Source: a virus. From it: DNA of 64,000 nucleotides. Shown piece after piece: positions 37,254 to 46,275 of the stretch. A program made the translations under genes and the position numbers. The stretch's first letter is position 1. Each line of letters begins with the position of its first letter. The stretch lies in IMG/VR virus record IMGVR_UViG_3300006752_006525, positions 33,320-97,319 of that record. The stretch is one strand, 5' to 3'. Under the pieces are notes generated by a model. It worked only from the letters and a program-made list of their open reading frames with translations. It did not search any database and was not told where the DNA came from.

Positions 37254-37393
37254 CACATATTCATATCATGAAGTTAACTACGATGGTAACAGTGGTTGGC
37301 GTGTGATTTTAACAGATAGCACTGGCAGGATTGTGGAGTCACGTTCATTCCCAACAGAAGCACAATGTATTTCATATATGGAGAAAAAACAAA

Positions 37394-38383
37394 ATGGCTA
37401 ATTATATTCTTGTAGACAGTTTGAATATGTTTATGCGAGCCAAGCACGTTGGTGGTGGCAAGGACATAGACATGCGTGTAGGTATGGCTATGCACATCAT
37501 GTTCAACAGCATTAAGAAGTGTTGGAAAGACTTTAATGCTGATCATGTTGTATTCTGTTTAGAAGGACGTAGTTGGCGTAAAGACTTTTATCCTCCATAC
37601 AAAGCAAACAGAAAAGTTACTGCTGACAAACGTAGTCCACGTGAGATTGAGGACGACGAGTTATTCTTTGAAGCATATAATGATATGATTACTTTCTTTG
37701 CAGAAAAGACTAACTGTAGTGTAATACGTGTTCCTAATGCAGAAGCAGACGATCTTATTGCAACATGGGTACAACAACACCCCAACGATAATCATGTTAT
37801 TGTTAGCACAGACAGTGACTTTTATCAGCTCATAGCACCTAATGTAACGCAGTACAACGGCACTACGGATCAGATAGTTAGTCTTGCTGGCTTTCTTAAT
37901 GCTAAAACAATGGAAAGAGTGGTAGATAAAAAGACAGGCAAAGAAAAAGAATTACCCGACCCAGAGTGGTTGCTGTTTGAGAAATGTGTTAGGGGCGATA
38001 GCAGTGATAATGTATTCAGTGCATACCCTGGTGCTAGAAAGAAAGGCAGTAAAAATAAGACTGGTATGCTAGAAGCATATGAAGATAAAGAGCGAGGCGG
38101 TTTCAACTACAACAACTTCATGTTACAGCGATGGGTCGACCATGAAGAAGTTGAGCATAGAGTGAAAGATGATTACGAACGCAATCGCACACTTATTGAT
38201 CTCACACAGCAACCTGATGATATTAAAGAAGCATGTATAAATATTGTCAATGAAGCAAAGCAATCAGAGCCCACAACAAACGTTGGTATACACTTTATGA
38301 AGTTCTGTAACAAGTGGAACTTACAAAGACTTAGTCAAGCACCAACAGAGTTTGGAGAGATATTTAGTAAACAGATTACATAG
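37394..38383 (+). CDS. 5'-3' exonuclease / T4 RNase H-like flap nuclease
   Basis: ILVDS.N, SWRK..YP.YKANR, EADDLIA, IVSTDSDFYQL, GDSSDNV. Start reassigned to 37394. Confidence 0.92.
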   Translation: MANYILVDSLNMFMRAKHVGGGKDIDMRVGMAMHIMFNSIKKCWKDFNADHVVFCLEGRSWRKDFYPPYKANRKVTADKRSPREIEDDELFFEAYNDMITFFAEKTNCSVIRVPNAEADDLIATWVQQHPNDNHVIVSTDSDFYQLIAPNVTQYNGTTDQIVSLAGFLNAKTMERVVDKKTGKEKELPDPEWLLFEKCVRGDSSDNVFSAYPGARKKGSKNKTGMLEAYEDKERGGFNYNNFMLQRWVDHEEVEHRVKDDYERNRTLIDLTQQPDDIKEACINIVNEAKQSEPTTNVGIHFMKFCNKWNLQRLSQAPTEFGEIFSKQIT

Positions 38384-38390
38384 GAATAAA

Positions 38391-38642
38391 ATGGATTTAG
38401 GAAGATGGTATCACAATTTTAAGTTTTGGGGAGTAGTACCTCCAGAGAAACAACCAGAACCAGAACAGAAGGAAACTAAAGTTATTGACGTCATGGAAGA
38501 CGATGTTGACCCAGCAGAAGTAACTTTGGAGAATGCATATAAAACGAGGTGGATATGGTATCACACAATACTAGCAATAGAGATATTAATGACGAATCTG
38601 TTATTGATAGCCATTCTAATAGTGATAGCAGTGAAGTTGTAG
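38391..38642 (+). CDS. small membrane protein
   Basis: C-terminal TM helix. Confidence 0.6.
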   Translation: MDLGRWYHNFKFWGVVPPEKQPEPEQKETKVIDVMEDDVDPAEVTLENAYKTRWIWYHTILAIEILMTNLLLIAILIVIAVKL

Positions 38643-38965
38643 AATGGAGTGATGCTGATAAAGCATTATGGATACTACAAAATGGTCAGCCCAAGTATGC
38701 TGAAATATTTGAGCGTGTAGACGATCATGTATATTCCAGACCGAGCAGTGCCCCGGAAGACATCGTACCTCCCTGGGTGAGCAGAGAAAGAAAATTAAAG
38801 TACGTAACAAAGAAAAAGAGCTATATGGAGGCACACAATGAGTTTCAAGATCAATTTACAGAACCAGCCAAGCACGGCAACAGGTTCCTTAAAGAGGACA
38901 ACCATCACCAAAGGTGGCTCACTAAGGACGAACAGCAAAGACTTAGGATTAAGAGAGATGAGTAA
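38549..38965 (+). CDS. hypothetical protein (start uncertain)
   Basis: Fills the gap to the next ORF. Confidence 0.45.
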   Translation: MDMVSHNTSNRDINDESVIDSHSNSDSSEVVEWSDADKALWILQNGQPKYAEIFERVDDHVYSRPSSAPEDIVPPWVSRERKLKYVTKKKSYMEAHNEFQDQFTEPAKHGNRFLKEDNHHQRWLTKDEQQRLRIKRDE

Positions 38966-39467
38966 GACTATGCTACAACAAATTTCAGATGTAGCATGGC
39001 TGGTACACCAGGGTGAAGAAAAATTAGGTATCTTAAATCAAGATATACAAGGACATTATACCTACATTACTGGCAGAGACTTAATTAAGTTTGACGACGA
39101 AGACGAAGTTAAAACACACTTTGGTAACATTACACTGTTCACTGAGAAGATTGGAACTCCATTACAAACAACAGAAAAGTTCTTTATCAGAGGACATGAA
39201 GTTGATTATGAAATGCCATTTGCACTAGATAAAGATCACCCTGACTATGATGAAGCCCTCCCATTATACACAAAGATAGAAGGCAGTGATGTTTACTATG
39301 CCGCAGGATTCTACTGCATCAACTTTGAAAAAGGTTGGAAACATGCACATGGTCCTAAATTGGCTACATTGACCAAGTATGGCTTTGAAGGTCCATTTAA
39401 GACTGAAGATGAAATGCGTCAACGTCTCAAAGTATTAAACAGATTAAGGAGAAAGGTTGGTGAATGA
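38958..39467 (+). CDS. hypothetical protein
   Basis: PLYTK…YYAAGFY.I.F..GW…PKL.TL.KY..EGPFKT pattern; start reassigned. Confidence 0.65.
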   Translation: MSKTMLQQISDVAWLVHQGEEKLGILNQDIQGHYTYITGRDLIKFDDEDEVKTHFGNITLFTEKIGTPLQTTEKFFIRGHEVDYEMPFALDKDHPDYDEALPLYTKIEGSDVYYAAGFYCINFEKGWKHAHGPKLATLTKYGFEGPFKTEDEMRQRLKVLNRLRRKVGE

Positions 39468-39645
39468 ATTACAGCAATTACTACTTAGGATCAAACAACT
39501 AGAAGACAGGAACATTGTGTCAGCAGAGTTTGATATTGCATTTATAAAAAAGGCATTGTCTTATGCTATTATCAACCCTAAAGCCAAGGGCAGTAGCAAA
39601 CTTGAGGTTGACGGTGGGAATTTTTCAACCAACTCAAAAGGTTGA
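39457..39645 (+). CDS. hypothetical protein
   Basis: Operon ORF. Confidence 0.5.
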   Translation: MVNELQQLLLRIKQLEDRNIVSAEFDIAFIKKALSYAIINPKAKGSSKLEVDGGNFSTNSKG

Positions 39646-39931
39646 TTTACACTTGTCTGATCGTTCTACTAAAACTACTATAGAACACAAAGGTGAATAC
39701 AGAGTAGAATTTCCATATCGTGTGTACGTGAATAACAATGCTATTCTATTGTCTGACATGTATAAAGTAGATGATATGGTTACAGGAAGGTGGGGTTGGA
39801 ACTTCAAACCTCATCCAGATATGGATGTATACAGTGAATCATGGTATGAAAAACAAGATGCATATCTGTCATTTGAAAAACAAGAAGATGCTGTTCAAGT
39901 ACAACTAGGTATGCAATTTAACAAGGATTAA
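39563..39931 (+). CDS. hypothetical protein (start uncertain)
   Basis: Operon ORF. Confidence 0.5.
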   Translation: MLLSTLKPRAVANLRLTVGIFQPTQKVDLHLSDRSTKTTIEHKGEYRVEFPYRVYVNNNAILLSDMYKVDDMVTGRWGWNFKPHPDMDVYSESWYEKQDAYLSFEKQEDAVQVQLGMQFNKD

Positions 39932-39983
39932 AACGTGTGTTAACTGCTATTTTTTGATAAATAATAGTACGGAGACAACACAC

Positions 39984-40283
39984 ATGAGCAGACCAAAACC
40001 AACAATTTTGTTAGAAGCAATTAACAAACATACTTATAAAGCAGAACAAGTACTCAGTGCAGATGCAATCTACAGTGTATTTCACGAGGGTCATCCAATC
40101 AATCTCAGAACATTAAACACACTTGTAGATTATCCAGGACCAAAGTATAAGAAGGTATCATTCAGTAATCCAGGTCATGCATTTAATTTAGCAGAAAGAC
40201 TTAACAAAATATTTAAGTCAGAGTCATTCACAGTTGTTAAATTAACAGAGGGTGTTGAAGTCAAAGAGTCTGATATAAAATAA
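39984..40283 (+). CDS. late hypothetical protein (MSRPKPTILL…GPKYKKVSFSNPGHAFNLA)
   Basis: GATAAATA at 39956 and GGAG RBS. Confidence 0.7.
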   Translation: MSRPKPTILLEAINKHTYKAEQVLSADAIYSVFHEGHPINLRTLNTLVDYPGPKYKKVSFSNPGHAFNLAERLNKIFKSESFTVVKLTEGVEVKESDIK

Positions 40284-40291
40284 ATACTTGT

Positions 40292-40696
40292 ATGCTGAAC
40301 AATTTGCATACATACATTTTAGACGAAGTAAAAGACCACCTAGTAAAATCACTTACCTCCTTGCACGGTGAAAAGAAGTACACCGATGAAGAACTATTCC
40401 GTACCTTATTCAAAAACTATCGTATGCGAGATGGTGAGCATACTGGTTTATTACTTTCATACTATGGACACAGAGTACTAGCAAAATCATTCCAGTCGTA
40501 TTCATACCAAATTAACTTTCAAGACAAAGCAAAAAAGATGAAAAAAACTAAGCATAGCACATTAATAGCACTTGACAAAAACATGAAATGGCCTTATTAT
40601 ATAGGTAAGAAATATGTCACTTTCTTCAGCGAAGATGATGCAAGTTGGTTTAGATTATCTGGTAGTGACATCAACGACTTTTCAGGATACGTGTAG
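40292..40696 (+). CDS. hypothetical protein
   Basis: ORF following TAAATA. Confidence 0.6.
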   Translation: MLNNLHTYILDEVKDHLVKSLTSLHGEKKYTDEELFRTLFKNYRMRDGEHTGLLLSYYGHRVLAKSFQSYSYQINFQDKAKKMKKTKHSTLIALDKNMKWPYYIGKKYVTFFSEDDASWFRLSGSDINDFSGYV

Positions 40697-40704
40697 GAGT
40701 TACA

Positions 40705-41208
40705 ATGGACACCTTGATGCTTAACAAAGATGCATCACCTATTAGTATCTTGCCACTGAGTGCTGTGGGCTGGCAAGATGCAATTAAGTATATGTGGTTA
40801 GATAGAGTAGCGGTATTAGAATGGTACGACGATTGGGTTGTGCGATCTCCCAGTTGGGAAACAAAAGTACCTGCGGTAATGATGGTCAAAGACTATGTGC
40901 GTAAAAGCACGTATCCTCGTTTTAGCAAGTATAACGTAACACTTAGGGATAAGTTTACGTGTCAGTATTGCACAAAGCCTGTAGCACTATCTAACGTTAC
41001 AATGGATCATGTGTACCCTGTGAGCATGGGTGGCTCTACTTGCTGGGAGAACATTGTGGCAAGTTGTATGAAATGTAATACCACCAAGGGCTCCAAACTA
41101 ATCAAACCAAGACGCGAACCTTACAAACCAACTTACTATGAGTTGGCTAACATAAGAAAGCAATTACCGTTTGATATCAAACATCCTAGTTGGGAAAACT
41201 ACATCTAA
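40705..41208 (+). CDS. HNH endonuclease
   Basis: RDKFTCQYC…TMDHV.P.S.GG…WENIV.SC..CN..KG. Confidence 0.9.
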   Translation: MDTLMLNKDASPISILPLSAVGWQDAIKYMWLDRVAVLEWYDDWVVRSPSWETKVPAVMMVKDYVRKSTYPRFSKYNVTLRDKFTCQYCTKPVALSNVTMDHVYPVSMGGSTCWENIVASCMKCNTTKGSKLIKPRREPYKPTYYELANIRKQLPFDIKHPSWENYI

Positions 41209-41216
41209 AAAAAAGG

Positions 41217-41244
41217 TTGACAATACCTAAAACTCGTGTATAAT
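41217..41244 (+). promoter_or_regulatory. sigma70-like promoter TTGACA-N16-TATAAT
   Basis: Consensus hexamers; monocistronic unit closed by the terminator at 41595. Confidence 0.78.
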
Positions 41245-41307
41245 GTGTAACATGCTTAGGAATAAACCTATGCATATTGTTAAACTAAGGTAAAATTAGG
41301 AGGTCAT

Positions 41308-41577
41308 ATGACTACAACTACTACTTTAACTAAAGAGCAAAAAGTATTAAACGCTCTACAAGAAGGAAGAACTCTTTCATCTGCACAGATGAGAGCATTC
41401 TTTGGAACTGGTAACCCACAAGCAGTGATCCAATCACTAAGATTCAAAGGATTTCCAATCTATTTGAATGTTGTGACTGACACTAAAGGAAGATCAAGAA
41501 ACGTATATCGTCTTGGTACTCCTTCAAGAGCAGTTATTGCCGCTGGATACAAAGCGATCGCAAACGGCACTGTCTAA
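41308..41577 (+). CDS. winged-HTH DNA-binding protein
   Basis: KVLNALQEG..LS..QM…FG..NP.A.I..LR..GFPIY…YRLG. Confidence 0.7.
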   Translation: MTTTTTLTKEQKVLNALQEGRTLSSAQMRAFFGTGNPQAVIQSLRFKGFPIYLNVVTDTKGRSRNVYRLGTPSRAVIAAGYKAIANGTV

Positions 41578-41594
41578 ATCCAGTTCTGGAACAG

Positions 41595-41623
41595 AAAGAG
41601 AGGGCATTCCGCCCTCTTTTTTT
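41595..41623 (+). terminator. rho-independent terminator
   Basis: GAGGGC-ATTCC-GCCCTC followed by a T7 run. Confidence 0.85.
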
Positions 41624-41684
41624 GAACTTTTTTACACTAATTTAATTTCTTTAATCAAATCAAGCACTTACAAAACATCAAAAC

Positions 41685-41743
41685 GGTTGACAATATACAA
41701 AGATTTGCTATACTATATTCATAGTTAGGAAATTAAATAGGAG
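41685..41743 (+). promoter_or_regulatory. early promoter cassette (TTGACA-N16-TATACT, leader ATAGTTAGGAAAT…AGGAG)
   Basis: Third copy of the 15421/16761 cassette. Confidence 0.8.
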
Positions 41744-41749
41744 TAAGAT

Positions 41750-42850
41750 ATGGACCTACAAGTAAAACCCAGTTCAGTTACTAATATTGTAAACAGAGCG
41801 TTTGAAGCAAAAAGACCTGTCTTTTTGTGGGGAGCACCTGGTATTGGTAAATCAGAACTTATTGAGCAAATTACTGAGTCTCTCGGTAATTCCACAATGA
41901 TAGACATGCGTTTGGCACTTATGGAGCCAACTGATTTGCGTGGCTATCCTTTCCGTAACCCAGAAACAAATACCATGGAGTGGGCTCCTCCAGCAGACTT
42001 GCCTACGCAAGAATTTGCGGCACAATACGATAATGTTGTATTGTTCTTAGACGAGCTCAACTCTGCACCACCAAGTGTACAGGCGGCGGCTTACCAACTT
42101 ATCCTAAACGGCCGAGTTGGTCAATATGAGTTGCCAAGTAACACTCTCATTATTGCGGCAGGTAACCGTGAGACAGACAGAGGTGTTACATACCGTATGC
42201 CAGCACCGTTGGCTAACAGGTTCCGTCATATTAATATGGCAGTTGACTTTGGTGATTGGCAGAAGTGGGCACTTAACAATAGCATCCACCAGGATGTAGT
42301 TGGTTACCTTTCATATGCCAAGCAGGATCTTTTTGACTTTGATCCTAAAACAAGTTCACAGGCATTTGCTACTCCTCGTTCATGGAGTTATGTAAGTGAG
42401 ATGTTGAACGTTGCTTCATTCGACGAGGCATCTATCTCAGAGCAAAAGGCTGAGATTGCAGGTGCAGTTGGTGAGGGAATGGCTGGTAAGTTTATTGAGC
42501 ACAGACGTATCTCAGGTAAACTACCCCACCCATCCGACATTATGGATGGTAAAGTCAAGAAACTTAATGAGGATATTTCCAGAGAAATCTCTGCCAAGTA
42601 TTCCTTAGTTGTCGGTCTCACCTACGAGATTGCAGAATTGCACAAAGAAAACAAAGGTGGTAAGGAGTTCCAGACTGCCTTTAACAATGCTGTAAGGTTT
42701 GCATACGATAACTTTGAGCCTGAAATGGTTATCTTATTGTTCAAGACAATCATGACAGACTACAAGATTAAGTTCAATATCCGAACAGATCTAGACAAGG
42801 ATGTGTACAAAGTGTTCTCTGAGAGATACACCAAGTACATTGTAGATTAA
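41750..42850 (+). CDS. MoxR-like AAA+ ATPase
   Basis: WGAPGIGKS, EPTDLRG.P, LFLDELN, AAGNR, PLANRF, TPRSW. Confidence 0.88.
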   Translation: MDLQVKPSSVTNIVNRAFEAKRPVFLWGAPGIGKSELIEQITESLGNSTMIDMRLALMEPTDLRGYPFRNPETNTMEWAPPADLPTQEFAAQYDNVVLFLDELNSAPPSVQAAAYQLILNGRVGQYELPSNTLIIAAGNRETDRGVTYRMPAPLANRFRHINMAVDFGDWQKWALNNSIHQDVVGYLSYAKQDLFDFDPKTSSQAFATPRSWSYVSEMLNVASFDEASISEQKAEIAGAVGEGMAGKFIEHRRISGKLPHPSDIMDGKVKKLNEDISREISAKYSLVVGLTYEIAELHKENKGGKEFQTAFNNAVRFAYDNFEPEMVILLFKTIMTDYKIKFNIRTDLDKDVYKVFSERYTKYIVD

Positions 42851-42856
42851 TCAGTT

Positions 42857-42927
42857 TTAGCACTGGGCACCTACTACTCCTCCTACCTAACTGTCTCAGT
42901 GCTAATCGACCCCTCTTCGGAGGGGTC
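42857..42927 (+). ncRNA. candidate structured RNA: long stem with 22-nt G-free anti-SD loop, then a C(UUCG)G hairpin
   Basis: UUAGCACUGGGCA/UGUCUCAGUGCUAA stem around CCUACUACUCCUCCUACCUAAC, then GACCCCUC-UUCG-GAGGGGUC. Confidence 0.55.
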
Positions 42928-42942
42928 ACCCTTTAATAAATA

Positions 42943-42990
42943 GGTTGACAAACAGGCATTATTTGCTATAATAGTTGTATTAGTTAGGAG
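42943..42990 (+). promoter_or_regulatory. early promoter TTGACA-N16-TATAAT with TAGTTAGGAG leader
   Basis: Consensus hexamers, extended -10 TG, shared leader motif. Confidence 0.8.
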
Positions 42991-42996
42991 AACTTC

Positions 42997-44289
42997 ATGA
43001 GCAAAGATATTAAAAAAGCGGCATCCGAAGTAGCAGATGTAATCATACCAGAAACTACAAAGACTTCTGCACAAATCGAAGACACACTGATCGGCTCTCG
43101 TATTAAAATGCTGATTAACCAGCCCTTTTTTGGTAACCTAGCAACTAGGTTACACTTTGTTGACGCCACTGCTTGGTGTCCCACATTGGCTACTGACGGT
43201 AGAAACTTTTATTACAACCGTAACTTTGTTGCCGCACTTAGCGACGAAGAAGTAGTGTTTGGTTTTGGTCATGAAGTTCTCCATTGTGTATATGATCACA
43301 TGAACAAGGACATGATTGGTAATAGAGATCGTAGACTTTGTAACATTGCACAGGACTATGTTATTAACGCAGACCTTATTGATGCTGGTGTTGGTGAACA
43401 GATCAAGTTAGTTCAAATATGTCATGATTGGAAGTATCGTGGAATGCACTGGATGGAAGTGTATGACGAACTGTTCCGTCAGGCTGAAGAAGAAGGTCGT
43501 GTTATTGAGGTTGGTACACTTGATATGCACATGGACGGCATGGACCAAAATGGTGGCGAAGGCAATGATGCACCAGGTGAAGGTAACAACGATGGTTCAG
43601 AAGGTCCTATTCAATACAGCGATGACGAGATGGAGACTATCAAGAACGAAATGCAAAATGCTGTGGTGAATGCCGCTAAGGTTGCAGGTGCAGGTAACTT
43701 GCCTGCAGGTGTTAAGCGAATGCTGAAAGACTTGTTGAATCCTCAGTTAGACTGGCGTGAACTACTTGCAATGCAAATCCAAAGTGTTATCAAAAGTGAT
43801 TACACATTTGGTGTCCCTTCACGTAAGGGTATGGACGCAGGCATTTGGTTACCTGGTATGGATCGTGAAACAACAATTGATGTTGCTATTGCATTAGACA
43901 TGTCAGGTTCTATTATGGACGAGATGGCACGTGACTTCCTTTCAGAAGTAAAAGGTGTTATGGATCAGTACACAGACTTCAAGATACACTTGTTCTGCTT
44001 TGACACTGAAGTACACAATCCGCAGAGTTTCACACAAAACACTATGGAAGAGTTCATGGAGTATGAACTTGCTGGTGGTGGCGGTACTGAGTTTGATTGC
44101 TGTTTCAACTACTTGAAAGACGAAGGCATTGTGCCTAAGAAGTTTATTATGTTCACAGATGGTTACCCTTGGAGTAGTTGGGGCGACGAGTCCTACTGTG
44201 ACACACTGTTTGTTGTACATGGTGGCGGCTATGGCGAGCCTCCTGTAGCACCGTTTGGTATCACTGTTCCATACACAAGAGAGGATTAA
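42997..44289 (+). CDS. metallopeptidase-like + VWA domain protein (MoxR partner)
   Basis: TLATDG…GHEVLH (HExxH) and C-terminal VWA with DMSGS, GGGGT.F, MFTDG. Confidence 0.85.
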   Translation: MSKDIKKAASEVADVIIPETTKTSAQIEDTLIGSRIKMLINQPFFGNLATRLHFVDATAWCPTLATDGRNFYYNRNFVAALSDEEVVFGFGHEVLHCVYDHMNKDMIGNRDRRLCNIAQDYVINADLIDAGVGEQIKLVQICHDWKYRGMHWMEVYDELFRQAEEEGRVIEVGTLDMHMDGMDQNGGEGNDAPGEGNNDGSEGPIQYSDDEMETIKNEMQNAVVNAAKVAGAGNLPAGVKRMLKDLLNPQLDWRELLAMQIQSVIKSDYTFGVPSRKGMDAGIWLPGMDRETTIDVAIALDMSGSIMDEMARDFLSEVKGVMDQYTDFKIHLFCFDTEVHNPQSFTQNTMEEFMEYELAGGGGTEFDCCFNYLKDEGIVPKKFIMFTDGYPWSSWGDESYCDTLFVVHGGGYGEPPVAPFGITVPYTRED

Positions 44290-44291
44290 TA

Positions 44292-44507
44292 ATGAGTAAG
44301 AAGTATGCTGTTTTAGAAGGCTATGGCAAATTGATTGTGCCTGTTAGCATGTTAGAAAAAGTTACAGAGCATTGCTATTTAGGTTCTACTAGTTGGACCA
44401 CGGAAAAGGAAGTCTTAACTGAAGTCCATGAGATTGGTAAGGTATTGCTCATTGATCAAAAGGACATTGACGATGCAAAGGTGCAGATGGCACTGTCAGG
44501 AGATTGA
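44292..44507 (+). CDS. hypothetical protein
   Basis: GAGG RBS. Confidence 0.6.
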   Translation: MSKKYAVLEGYGKLIVPVSMLEKVTEHCYLGSTSWTTEKEVLTEVHEIGKVLLIDQKDIDDAKVQMALSGD

Positions 44508-44552
44508 CAAATCTACAATTTTTGCTATAATATGTGTATAGTTAGTTAGGAG
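44504..44552 (+). promoter_or_regulatory. early promoter TTGACA-N16-TATAAT with TAGTTAGGAG leader
   Basis: Consensus hexamers and shared leader motif. Confidence 0.8.
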
Positions 44553-44559
44553 TAGATAT

Positions 44560-45834
44560 ATGCAACCTTGGGAAATAATACAAAAATTAGAATCAGATAA
44601 CAGCAGACTGTTCAAAGAATCTGTTGTTGCAGATCATATTGATGATGGCTTGTTTAAGACAGGCCTTCAGTATGCACTCGACCCACTTGTGACATTTGGT
44701 GTTCAACAAGTTCCTGTTAAGAAAGACCCCACTGGCGAAGGACTTTTGCCTGAGGATTTCTATGACATGGCTGATGCATTGATTGCCAGAGACCTCACAG
44801 GACATGCGGCCAGAGATGCTATCCTTGTTGCAATGGCTAAGGCTACACAAGAAGAATGGAACGACTGGTACAGACGTATCCTAATCAAAGACCTACGTTG
44901 CGGCGTAAGTGTTAAAACAGTGAACGGTGTAAAGAAAGATACTGTTCCTGTGTTTGGTTGTATGTTAGCACATGATGGTGCAAAACACCCTAAGAAAATT
45001 ACAGGAGAATGCTTTGTCGAATATAAGTATGATGGTGTTAGAGTTATTGCAATCGTTAAAAATGGCGATGCTACTCTTTATTCACGTAATGGTAAGTTAC
45101 TAGCAAACTTCCCTCACATCAATGAAGCACTCAGTAAGCCAGAGTTTGAAGGCTTGGTGTTTGATGGTGAAGTAATGAGTGATGATTTCCAAACACTCAT
45201 GAAGCAGGTACACAGAAAAGAAGGTGCTCAAACAGAAGATTCATATCTAGCAGTGTTTGACTTGCTCACAATAGAAGAGTTCAATGCTGGTGGTACAGAG
45301 TTAAACGCATTTCACAGACGTGAGAGATTAATCAGTTACCAACCTTTCTTTAATGTAAGGCTACAACTTGTACAGGCTGTTAAATTAGACTTAGACAGCG
45401 AAGCAGGACAACTTGCATTCAAGAACATGAACAAAGAAGCCTTAGAAGAAGGCTATGAAGGCTTAATGATCAAGCCTATACACGAAGGCTACAAGTGTAA
45501 ACGTTCACATGCTTGGTTAAAGATCAAACCTTTTATAGAAGTTACACTGAACGTTGTAGCACTAGAAGAAGGCACAGGCAAGAATGAAGGTGGGCTTGGT
45601 GCTCTTGTTGTAGAAGGTGAGGACGACGGTAAGTTCTTCCATCTCAACGTTGGTAGTGGACTTACTGATGAGAACAGAGAGCAAATTTGGGCTAACCAAG
45701 ATAGTGTTATTGGACAGTTAGTTGAGATTAGAGCTGATGCGGCAACGCAAAGCCAGGACGCAGAAGATACTTGGAGCCTTAGGTTCCCAAGGTTTAAGAC
45801 CTTTAGAGGTTTTGAACTAGGAGAGAAACTGTAA
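44560..45834 (+). CDS. ATP-dependent DNA ligase
   Basis: EYKYDGVR (motif I), FDGEV, EGLMIK, WLKIKP, VGSG, SLRFPRF. Confidence 0.95.
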   Translation: MQPWEIIQKLESDNSRLFKESVVADHIDDGLFKTGLQYALDPLVTFGVQQVPVKKDPTGEGLLPEDFYDMADALIARDLTGHAARDAILVAMAKATQEEWNDWYRRILIKDLRCGVSVKTVNGVKKDTVPVFGCMLAHDGAKHPKKITGECFVEYKYDGVRVIAIVKNGDATLYSRNGKLLANFPHINEALSKPEFEGLVFDGEVMSDDFQTLMKQVHRKEGAQTEDSYLAVFDLLTIEEFNAGGTELNAFHRRERLISYQPFFNVRLQLVQAVKLDLDSEAGQLAFKNMNKEALEEGYEGLMIKPIHEGYKCKRSHAWLKIKPFIEVTLNVVALEEGTGKNEGGLGALVVEGEDDGKFFHLNVGSGLTDENREQIWANQDSVIGQLVEIRADAATQSQDAEDTWSLRFPRFKTFRGFELGEKL

Positions 45835-45993
45835 TGAAGCGACTTGCTGAATGGTTACAGATCTGTAAAGTACACTGGAAAGAAATCTTTGCTATGAGTT
45901 TTATATTGCATTTTGTTACAGACCTATTAATTATAGGACCTCTTTTTTATGTGCTAGGTGCTGTATTTGGATTGCCTGTAGAGTGGCACGGAC

Positions 45994-46275
45994 ATGAATG
46001 AAGTCTATGTTACATTTAATAAACTAGGAGAGTTAGACTTAGAACTCCTCAAAGGATCGCCAGAATTAGTTACTATGATTAAGAATGGCGTGGTAATTAG
46101 TTGTGACAATGAAACTTTTGAAGAGCTAGAACAGTTTGTAGAAGAGACTGCCACAGGCATTTGGTATGTTAAAAAGTCGCCTTACTATCAGCATAAGTTT
46201 TATTTCTTAGAAGTAATGGACAGGGAAAATTTGATAGCAAAAATAGCACAAATAAAACTAAGCAATGGCAAATAA
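45994..46275 (+). CDS. hypothetical protein
   Basis: Operon ORF. Confidence 0.6.
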   Translation: MNEVYVTFNKLGELDLELLKGSPELVTMIKNGVVISCDNETFEELEQFVEETATGIWYVKKSPYYQHKFYFLEVMDRENLIAKIAQIKLSNGK

